Part shown: in pieces, positions 53,601 through 64,000 of the stretch
Layout of the letters: every line of letters starts with the position of its first letter
How positions within the stretch are numbered: position 1 is the stretch's first letter
Assembly (NCBI GenBank): GCA_003971905.1
Contig: RSEE01000011.1
Span: 682,001 to 746,000 of the forward strand
Origin: Moniliella sp. 'wahieum'
Taxonomy: Eukaryota
Reading direction: 5' to 3'
Length of the DNA stretch: 64,000 nucleotides
Notes under the pieces: generated by a model
What the model was told of the DNA's origin: nothing
The model's database searches: none
What the model saw: only the letters and a program-made list of their open reading frames with translations
Program-made: the position numbers and the translations under genes

Positions 53601-56600
53601 TTTCGTCTCAATCTCTTTCCCGCCATTCCTCTTCGTCTTCTAGCTCGCATCTACCCGTTGTTACCTCGCTAAACAAAAATGTAATTCACAGATCGAGGGC
53701 GGGGGAGGGGCGGCGGCGCACTCCAAGATAAAATGCACATACGATCGCAGCTGCCGTTTGCGATTACATTGGTTTTTCCGATTTAGACTACATTAGCCAA
53801 ATCATAAAATCATGCCTTCAGTAATACTGGTGATGCCTAGGTCCCGTATGAGAATTAAATTGGAGCTAGGTATTGCTACTGGTCAATAAAATCGTAATCG
53901 TTACAATAACTAATTCGACCGCACTTTCCGACGCACATACCCAGCCTGCTATAGGGAATGCCTTTGAAGATGTCCCGGTATACATTAGAGGAAAGTCATC
54001 ACCTAGTGGCAGGAATCAGATTATGAGAGCAACCCGGCGCTAACAGTACACCTGAGAGAGATGGCCAATACATCGTGCGGTTATTTGCGCAGCATGTGTG
54101 AGAAAACTCCTCCGCTCCATTTGGAAAGCCTCTTTGTCTTTTTATTCAGACAGTGCATTTCCGCGTCCCTTGGTACTTTTAATCCCTCGGATCACGCGAT
54201 TTTCCAGTAAGGATTTGTATATGCTACAGGATTTGGTCAACACAGCGGTTTACTCGCCACGACGTGGCCACTCTAGGTCAACAATATATCCCTCCTGTCT
54301 TGACGGCCAGGACTTGCAGGTGTCGTCGACCCTTCTATACTGTTCATTATATTCTTCGATCAAAGCAGCTTCCTGGCTTGAAAACAATATGTTTCAGGGA
54401 TATCTCTGTTATCTTATAGCCCCGGTTCCTCAACCTGGTTCTTTCTCAATCAATACCTGTTGGGTAAGTGAATGCGACTTGTTTACGGAACCAAAGGTCG
54501 TGGTTCGATAATACGCCAGATAAAAGAGATTAAGCGGCAACACAGGCAGAGGGGATGGAAAGGAACAGAGGGGGACGCAGAGTGACAGCCTAAGTCGCTC
54601 CATGAATAACTCTGATGGACCGATGTATGTACATCGGCCCATGAATGCGAACCAAAGTGTCAGCAAGTCTTCCATTTTTGAGGGCTATGTGCCAGAGCCA
54701 CCTAATTGTTGAGTGCGATTTGGAAGTGCTCGGGAAACATAAGGGATCTTTTGTGCAGCTAATTGGGGGTGAAGGTGGTAAAATCATAACATTCACTGCA
54801 TAGCTCCCACACGCGCTATGCTCTGATTCACGGGAAGGGAAAAATAAGAACATTGCTGCTGCAGTGCCACTAGTCGCATGTCACCAATGTAGCGCGCAAT
54901 TCATCCACACAACAGGATCAACTGTGAAACAGCTTTTAGTTAGACAAGGCGTGGTGGCACGGATCTTCACGCTCGGGTTGCAAGGAAGAAGGAGTAGGAG
55001 AGAGTCGTCAGGCGGAAGGTGGAGCGAGCAATCACTATGCGTCCGCAGCCAGCTGGCCGCTGCTCCTAAACCGGCCTATACTCATCTGGCGCGTGCTAGT
55101 TGTTGGCACCAAACCTGTTGCCAAATCGGTGGAACGGCGTATTTTTGCAGTATTATTTTAAGAAAAGGATGTGTCAAGCCGTGCGCACACGGCAGGTAGT
55201 AGGCGTAAGCACATTTTGTGGTGGCCCACAGCAAATAACGCTTCGATCGATGGATGAAAGCTTTGGCTTTACCGGCGCTCGCACCAATCATCAACACTTA
55301 ATAAGTTCTCCTGGGAGATTGTTTTGTCGGAGGAGATCTGCCCAGCGGTCTGCTACCGGTGAGGTCAGGGAGATGGTTGACTGAGGAATGAATTACTGGG
55401 GGCAGAAGCCTCGGAAGATCTGTTCCGGAATAAACCGGAGATGGAATGGGCTGAGCCGCAGGTGACGTCACACTCAACACGTTTACAACAAACACGGTCC
55501 TGTCAGCTATAATGGTACACTTCGCCAGCGATGACTGCCATCTGGATACGGGATGCATTGGATCCGAGATGGTCGGATCCAAGCTAACGCTCGCCTTCCC
55601 TGCACATGCTCAATAGAGCGTGCTCCGCAGTCCAAGCAAGTGTGATGATGGTTGGTTAAATTAGGTGCGATGACCCGAGGGGCCATGCGTCCGCGCGACA
55701 ATAGTCGCCCCCCGCCCAAGTCCAAGTCGGATGGCCTAAATAAGGCCATCAAGCTTCCCATATCTCTGCGACGACTGTCGTCCCCGTTTCCGCTTCCAGT
55801 TTGCCTTTCCCGGTCGCGCCTGCGGCGACCAACTTTGACGTTGTGTCTTCCTTTCTGCACCCCCTTTTGTATCCGGTTCCCTTTTGATCTTGCCCGTACC
55901 CTTGGTTGATGGGGATCCTTTCCCCCATTCCATTCTCGTTTTCCTCTCGTCTTCCTCTCGTCTTCACCCTCGTCACCTTCTCCCTGTTTCCCGTTTTCCA
56001 GCCAATTGATCCAGTACAGGTAGAGGTAGGGCAGCCTCCTCTCTTCTTAGCACACGATTCCTCTTCCGACCTCGTTCTCCAGCACTCCATCAGTCCAGTC
56101 GCGCGAGCCCCCCTTCGGCCGCGTCGAAGCTCAACCACACCTGGCTCTCCTCAATCCCATCAGCCGTGTGTCTTCGGCTCACCGACAAGCAGGCTCAGAT
56201 TGGTCTCCAATTCCGCACTTTGTGCCTTTTCATGCACCGCAGGTGTGAGTTGTAGTGTCATGTCTTCGCTTGAGCACTTCATGACTTGCACCCGCACCCA
56301 GTTCACAAGTTTGGTTCATTGCACGGGGCAGCGTGGGAGCTCATTCTCCAAAGCTTGTGTGCTCCATCCCCGACACACACCCATATCGACGAGCCAACTG
56401 TGGAGGAAGAGGATTGGACGAGACGTCGTACTAGGAAGGCGATGAGTACTGACCACAGGGTGTTGGGACCTGGCGCATTCGGAGGATCGGGAATGAAGGC
56501 GGACCACACGTTAGGGGCTCGGTAACACGGGAGGCGCTGTCTGCATACCGGAGGGTGATACACGAGACCACCGCCACACTTTTGGGATGCCGTGAGAAGG

Positions 56601-59600
56601 AGCTGTTTCGACTGCTGGAACAAGCAGAGAATGCGACGAAAACGCCAAGTACGGGGCCGCACCCAATAATCGTTTTTTCTCCTTGGTTTTGGCGAAGCTA
56701 GGACACTATGCCACCAATACAACGGGCAAGATGTTTGGGAACTGGAAGGAATTGACTAGTGAGTCTCAATGGGGATGGCTCACCGCTCGGATGTCTACCA
56801 CGCGTTCATCCTTATCCACACGCGCTATACCTTGGGTTTGGAAATGGATGGGGCGTCAGAGGGTCTTGTGATTTGCAGGCGCACGGCTGCGGGGTTGGTA
56901 TGGGATAAACCCAAGTTCCCGGAACAACTGGCTTAAAAGCACGGCCATAAACTGAATTGCTCTTGGCCATTATCCAAATCTCGCTATAATAGAAGTACTT
57001 GGCTTAACCTCATGTTTGTGCCAAGGTTATATATCCAAGCAATTCGCACTTGTTTAATCCTAAGTTCGATCAAATGCATTTTTTGGGTGGGTTAGGGTGT
57101 CCATTCTGGCCTGCGGCCACATCAACATTCGCCATCGCGGCCTTAAACGTTGCGCTTCAAACTTGATGCCCCTTCAGCAGCCAGGACCACACATCCACCA
57201 TCTCTCCTGTGGCCACCTTCTCCTCCAAAGAAATGGGTTAGGTTAGGGGGTAGCAAGGTCATGACCAATGTAAGCATAAAACGTACCGCCAAATCGAGAA
57301 TGCGACGACGCATGCTCGACCAAGTCGGCTTCAGGAACACCGTCAACAGAATTTGGACAAACTTTTTGTCACACGACCGATATGGGCCAGAAGTTGTCCC
57401 GGCTCAAAAGTGAACTCTTCCAGATCTTGAGGGGAACAAGCCGCTTGCGGACGGAAAACCAAGCTTACACGCGAGCCATTTGTGCCATTTCTGTCAGTGG
57501 CGATTTTTGTTCATGGAAAGAGAAAGTGTCAGTATAGTACAAAGTAATCCTGGGGTGCCCAGCTAGAGCTGATGGTCCTGACCTTTTTGTGCTCCAGCAA
57601 GCGTTCGAAATACTGGCGTGGGTTGGACATGGTAAAGCTCCTGGCCAGCGATTCCAGCTTCGCATTGTTTGACAAAAAGAGCAACCGAAGAGTCTTGATC
57701 TCGCATAGACTTTCCTCGCTGAGTGATGCATGTTGCCCTTGTAATGAGGGGATCGATAAAATGTGGATCCCATCCTCCGGCGAAAGGGCCAGATAAGAGT
57801 GGGAATGCCAGCAAATTCGTCCTGATTAACGAAAGTCTCTTCGTCAGCGTTCATTGTGCGGGGAACAAGGTGTCAGCGTCAATATCCAGCGCATCTTCGT
57901 CTGTTGTTCGTCGTCGTCGTCTGCGGGTTCAATTGACCCCGCGTAATCATTTCACGAACCAACACGGGAGTACGGAGGGGGAGGGACTACAAAGTAACTC
58001 TCGGTTCGTACTCCTTTTTCCCTCTCCTCCGTCGGAGTCGCGGCCGGAATCGCTGTTGATCCCACTGCTGCCACCAGTGGTTCTTCAGAGGACGGTTCGT
58101 CACCTTCGAAAGCAGTCTCCACCACGGGCTCCGGCTCAGGGTTGATACGTCGTGTGTCCCTCGGGCGGCGAGCGCCGTTGCTGGTCACTGGGGCGTCCTG
58201 ACGGTGCGGGAGGGAGGCATTGTAGAGTGGCAGTACTGGCTCAAGAGAAAGATAATGGCGGGAAAGGTGGTGGGCGAGGGCATGCAGTTCGCCTAAAAGG
58301 GATGCAGCTGTGTGGTCGCTTCCCCACCAGGGGTCGGATTCCCAGGGTCGATCGAGCTGAGATTTGCGGAGCGTGAATTGACTGTACACCTCAAATTGAG
58401 GCCTGGGGCCGCTGTTTCAGCGATCATCCTGCATCACCCCAAAAACAGAAGCATAGTGCTGAGAGCATGCTGTGCTGCCCTGCGACGTGACGCGTGAGGC
58501 CGCTGACGCCCGTGCGGGGCAGAGTCGCTTGCGCGAAGCAAATATTGCCATGCAACTATGCAACATGTAGTGAGCTAGTGATCGGTGCAGAGAAATATAG
58601 GTAAACGGACAGACAGTTCATGTTGAGCCATCGGATGGCTCGTGCTTTGGCCAATGTCCCTTCAGCTCCTCCTCAGGCCTGGGAGTTCTGTTGCTTTCTC
58701 TCCTGTTTTTCCTTGTTCCGCAGCTTAGCCCCCGGTGGCAACTCGCTGCTTGCTGTTCCTCTGTAGGCGTTGCTGGTTGGCTTAGACCACACACCACCAT
58801 TGCGATTGCATCACCCTCAAGGACCATCCGCACTCCAGGTCTCACCAGTTCAGCCCACTTCCAGAAAGAGACACCTGTTCACCTAGCTGAGGAACTCTCC
58901 TACAGGGACACCATCACCATCTCCCCTACAAAAAAATGTGCCAGTCGCATGCGATATCGCCAGAACCCGGAAATTGATCCAGAAAACGGAAACCATTGCC
59001 GTCACCAAACGTGACACCCTACTCATCAATGTTGCTGTCCAAAGATCCCCCCCGCTATGCTTGGGTTCCATCCACAGGCACGTCAAGACCCACCGGGCAC
59101 GCAAGAGCCAAGACCCAACAGATGAGGACCAGCTTGATACCAGGTCATCACTATTGATGTCTTGTAGAGATTCTCCCGTTTCCAAAGTAGGGCGTGCACG
59201 TGTCGTAACACGGCAAATGGACACAACCCCACCTAGCCGCGACATTATCCACATCCTTTTGCGCAAAGAAGGAAACCAACACTGCTTGACTCCGGGTTTC
59301 GCCTTACTCCAATGGCAGGGAAACAAGATGGTGCAATTGCCTCGCCCCCCGGTGCGCCGAATCTGATCGCTCAATGCTTGGCTGAGATCAGGGCCAAACG
59401 AACGCTTGGTACTCCCTCCGCAAAGCATTTGGCGATTCAATGGTTGCTCGAGGCTAACCGCGCGTGCATTGCCTGACAGAGGATATGTTACTTCAAAAGC
59501 CATCGGCATCAACCAAATCTTGGTTGAATCGATACTATTCATCGGCACGTTGCGCATCTCAAGCATGTCCTGGTGGAGTACGCATTGAAAATCCCTCCAA

Positions 59601-60042
59601 AGGGCCACAGCAACCTCAATTTGCTCCGGGACAAGCGAGCACAGAGCAGCGCGAAGTCGACACACTAGCCCAGTGATAGCTCAACGCCGCCGGGCTGCTG
59701 TGGGTGCTGCCCCTTAAGCATACCGCCGGGAGGGCGCGAGACGGTATAGCCCATTACGCGGACCATTCGCCCGTCCACGCATCTGTTTGGATGCTACGAA
59801 GATGAAGAGTCTGGATAGGAATGCCGCATCAACTGTGAAGCAGGTGTATGAACCACCAGCGACGAAGACAAATCTCTGTTGGGTATATAGTCGAGCACTG
59901 GAACGCCAGTGGCGTTGATATATTAGTAGCCAGCATGCAACCTATAGTAATAGTGGAGGAGATGTATGCCTTGTTCGCCTTCTACCCTTTTGGTTTGTGC
60001 TTTCGCAGGGAGACCCTGTGATCCTACAGCTGCTCCTATCGC

Positions 60043-60114
60043 GGCTCGATAGCGTAGTGGTAATGCATCCCTGACCAATCGGCGATGTCATGGATTCGAT
60101 TCCACTTCGAGCCT
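60043..60114 (+). tRNA. Degenerate tRNA / tRNA pseudogene, isotype undetermined
   Basis: 72 nt with a perfect acceptor stem GGCTCGA/TCGAGCC, A-box TAGCGTAGTGG, D stem GCGT/ATGC and T-loop TTCGATT. The anticodon and T stems pair poorly. Confidence 0.6.
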
Positions 60115-60403
60115 ATCTTTCCTCACTATTTCCCCCGGGCTCTGCCTTCTCACTATGGATATTTCCAAGCGGATGCACTATACCGGCAAATAGATGAATG
60201 CTACGCTGATCTGGGAAACACTAAGGAAGTTATATATGCCCCATAGGAAAACAACGTGCTTTTGTTAGAGGGTACTGCTAGGGTTCTCCTGCGCGGCCCT
60301 CAAGGATCGGTGACCTCGCCTAGCCGAGCGGAAGCGTTCCGCTCGCAGGCCGCGCACGCCCTGCTCGCTCCATCTCCCTTCTCTCTCTCCTTTCTCCTTC
60401 CCT

Positions 60404-60559
60404 TCAGACGTTGCTTGAAGACTTGTGGCTCACCACTTTGCCTTCACGCCTTGTCTGAAGGTACGCCTCTGCTTCCTTTCTTGACCTGTTGCTCCTCACA
60501 ATCAGACGTTGCTTGAAGACTTGTGGCTCACCACTTTGCCTTCACGCCTTGTCTGAAGG
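60404..60559 (+). repeat. Two identical 58-bp direct repeats (60404-60461, 60502-60559) separated by 40 bp
   Basis: TCAGACGTTGCTTGAAGACTTGTGGCTCACCACTTTGCCTTCACGCCTTGTCTGAAGG occurs twice. Confidence 0.92.
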
Positions 60560-61809
60560 CTGCTTTGCAGCTGATCCATAGGATCGCGAGTGCTCTCAAG
60601 TCACACTCTAGCAGCTTTAAATCCTAAGAGCCAGAACATGGAAATTTCACAAGTCCGCAGCCGTGCGGTCCTCTCGTTTCCTAACCGGGTTTGGTACTAG
60701 CAAGCAACACAGGCTGGGTGAGCAGGCCGGTTTATAGGCGCAGCGTTTCGTTGTCCACGCCTTAAAAGGCCCTGTCAAGATATGATATGGTGTCAGTATA
60801 TATAGTGGGATGCTCACTTGGCCTCCGCGATCTTGCCTTTCGGTTGGCGTCACATCACCCATGTGCTTACACTTACCGGCCCGAGTGAAACCGGGCGGTA
60901 CAACATATAGAAATCATGTTTCTTCATAGTCGCAGCTGGCTTGAATCATGGGGGGAACCAGCCTGTCAGAATTATAATTACCTCAGGCGTCAGCCTGACG
61001 CCTGTAGGAGTCAAGTACGCCGTGCGCTCAGTATTCCGTCCATCGCCGGGGAAGAAAAACAGGGGGGTTGCGCCATGCCCAGAAGGCAATCGAGATATAA
61101 TTGGCAACCGATAACCGACGATATTCGATAAGCGCTAATTAATAGAGAAGGCGCCCTGAGGCCTGAGGCACTGAGGCGCAAAGGACCCTATTCCGCTAAC
61201 CGCTATAACTCTCCTAGGACTACGCCGAGTGCGTCCAAGTGCTGTGACATGTAAGAGTCCTATTTCGTTTCTGAGCCCCCTTCATGCATCATGGTGCATG
61301 ATGCATGACGTAGCCTCTTGTTCCTGACTTTTAGACGCCCTATTCGCCGGCAGGCTGTGTCGACCGTCGATGCACATCTGCCCTGTGTTTGTAGTCCTCC
61401 CAGCCCCAAGCACGTCCGTCCAGGCACCTGCGCTCGCCCTCCCTCGGCTTCGACATCGGTTCCCAGCAATGCGCCCAGTGCCGGACACTGCACGACTGCG
61501 CTGCTGAGGGCCTCCTGTGCTCGGGTGGTGAGCATCTCGGTGCGTCCCGGCACTGCACGCCGAGACATCCGACTGCGGTAGTGCGCGCAGCCCCAACAGG
61601 CCCCAGCCAACCGGGACTCGGGCACTGTCACACCCTTTGTTGGTTCGCAAGATATGTACATACTGACGTCACACATCCAGCTCGTCTCCGCAGCAGCTAC
61701 TCTTGTGAACCTTCCCGTTTGATGCCCGCATCGTAGTACCACCAGCCCTCCATCGATATATAATCGAACGTGCTTTGCCCCGCGAAGCCTCGCTCACAGC
61801 CACACTCCA

Positions 61810-63541
61810 ATGCGCCTCGCTTTGTTCGTCATTTTCGCCTATATTGCCACGGGCGCTCTGGTTGGCGCCTTGCCCATGGGCAGGAGCAAACCAGCAAGCC
61901 CCAACCGCTCAAGCGTCTGACCATGCCCTTGTATCGCTCCTCTTCTAACGCTCACGCCAACGGCAAGCGCGGTCATCTAAGGGGCGAGTCTGTCGCCCGC
62001 TTCGAGGCCGAGGTCGCGCGCCTACAGGCCAAGTATCAGAAACGCAATGGTGCTCCTGCTACCGCTCGTGCCAACCAGGGAACTCCTGATCTCCTATCAA
62101 AGCGCCAGCGTACTGCGCTGACCGACACCGGACCCGACATCGCCTACTACGCTCCCGTGAGTTTTGGTACCCCTCCTCAGACTCTGAAAGTCGTGCTCGA
62201 CACGGGAAGTTCCGATTTGTGGATTGTCAGCGACCAATGCGCCAGCGATTCGTGCGCCCCCTACCAAGTTTGTTACGGGCGATTCCACGACGCTGGAGTA
62301 TTCAAACGAGCCTTGGGAGGATTCGTATGGCAAAGGCGACGCCCAGGGGACCCTTGTCTCGGATCGCGTTGAGTTGGCAGGATCGGTTGTCGATTCTCTT
62401 CCTTTGGTGTCGCATCCGACATGACTCAGAGTCCCTTCTTTCCACCCAATTCAGGTCTCATGGGCATGGGTCTTCCTGGATTGGGCACCATGGGCATTAC
62501 TCCGTTCTGGATGGTGCTCGCCGAGTTGCACTCCATCACTCCGGCCTTTTCGTTTCAAATGGCACGCAACCCAACTGTTCAAAACGATACCGATGAGTCG
62601 CCGGGAGGCACTTTCACTTGGGCGAGATTGACGCCAGTCAGTATTCGGGCGATATTAACTGGATCAACACGGTGGAAAATGTTCATTGGGCTATCCCCCT
62701 GGACGCAATCACATTGGGTGAGAGTACTGCTCCTTTGCAGCAGTCGTGGGCGCTCATGGACTCAGGTAGGTTCATCCTCTTCTAACCTTGGGTGTCTGTG
62801 GCGCCGCCAGCTTTTTTCCAAGTACTGACCTTTTGTTTGTGTGTGGCTTTCTGTCAAAAGGAACAAGTTTGATCAGCGTGCCACCCGACGTGGCATTAGC
62901 GGTGTATAACGCTATCCCTGGGGCAGCCACTCTCCAGGGTGATGGTGGTTCATCGACTTCATCAGCCCAGAATTTCGTATTCCCTTGTGAAACCCAGGTG
63001 GAGCTGTCATTCACATTGGGTGGAACGGTATACCCTATCGATCCCGCTGATTTCAGCCACGGTCCGGCCGACGACGAGGGTACAATGTGCGTTGGTGCCA
63101 TTTTGCCGGGCCAGATTTGGGTGATGACGCTCCCAATTTCATTCTGGGAGATACTTTTCTCAAGTCATACTTTACTGCTTTTCAAGTGGGCCCGCAAGGC
63201 CCTCAGTTGGGATTGCTGCGCTTAAAAACGGTACGGCGGCCCAGACCATGCCAGTGAATGCATCGTTCATCTCCAACACCCAGGTTGCCCAGTCCCTTTG
63301 GGATTTCACCACCGATGTCTTCGAAACGACCGAGCCAGTAACAGGCGCAGGGATCGATTGGGCCACCCCCCTCTTCTCAGCCCCTGTTGCATCTGGTACA
63401 GGGGGGGTGGCGACAGCGACTTACATGGGGCCCGACGGTGATGGCCCACTCACGGCTGCAGGTGGTGTCACGGTTACTGAGAGCGCTACGAGCTCTGCTG
63501 CTACCAGCGTTCCACAGCCACCGCCAGTTCTCACCCACTGA
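61810..63541 (+). CDS. Secreted pepsin-family (A1) aspartic protease, intron 62766-62860, Ser/Thr-rich tail
   Basis: Signal peptide 'MRLALFVIFAYIATGALVGA', 'YYAPVSFGTPPQ...LDTGSSDLWI', second catalytic 'MDSG|TSLI' across the intron, and 'ILGDTFLKSY'. Confidence 0.9.
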
Positions 63542-64000
63542 GTCGTTGACACGGTCAAGAAATCCAGCCTGGTATTGCGTGTGCCATGAATTGCATGAAT
63601 GGTCTTGCTTACTCACTCGTTCGAGGTCTACTCACCGGGGGACTGCTCTCCTGAAAGTGCTAAGCTACATATGTTAATACACCTTGCTCCAACAAGCTCT
63701 CACAGTTCTATGCCGTTCAATCTATACTCAACTTTTGTGCTTCTCTTCTTTTGTCATTTTATTTGTTATTGACATTTGTTATTGACATATATGACTTTGC
63801 ACCATAAATGGGTTTTGATCCCTTTAAGTGTGGCTATGCAAAGATGATTGCACTATACACAAAGAATACATTAATACATTCCGATAGACTTTGCTATATC
63901 TCTTTATATCGTCCCCATCGTAGTAATTATACATCAACGCGCTGTTTAGCAGGCACAAGGATATAACAGAGCATTGAGATACTTCAACCCCAAACGTTTC

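Noticed and set aside
60404..60559. Repeat-spacer-repeat layout resembling a CRISPR array
   Set aside because: Only two repeats of 58 bp, a eukaryotic context, and no cas genes.

Overview
Eukaryotic DNA, most likely a GC-rich basidiomycete fungus (short GT-AG introns with CTRAC branch points; gene content). The assembly looks unpolished: single-base deletions frameshift even essential genes such as TEF1, NSR1 and UBC13, so most gene boundaries are approximate. Bases 1-46.5 kb are gene-dense: mitochondrial SSB (RIM1), SNG1/DUF3533 membrane protein, C2+RasGAP, muniscin mu-homology protein, SEN54, a Gti1/Pac2 (WOPR) transcription factor, a full-length young Ty1/copia LTR retrotransposon, tRNA-Ala(AGC), calcineurin B, EF-1alpha, SNF12/BAF60, a decayed M13 peptidase, a SAK1/ELM1-type kinase, a DHDPS-family aldolase, NSR1 and UBC13. 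From about 47 to 61 kb lies a visibly less GC-rich, gene-poor island with a GMC oxidoreductase pseudogene broken by an internal inversion, two inverted paralogous relics, a degenerate tRNA and a small duplicated hairpin element, followed by a secreted aspartic protease. The most interesting observations are the copia element's non-canonical primer-binding site and asymmetric LTRs, the inverted GMC pseudogene, the 60.3-60.6 kb element, and 7-bp-phased CTGAG clusters in intergenic DNA. None of these is established as a new biological system.
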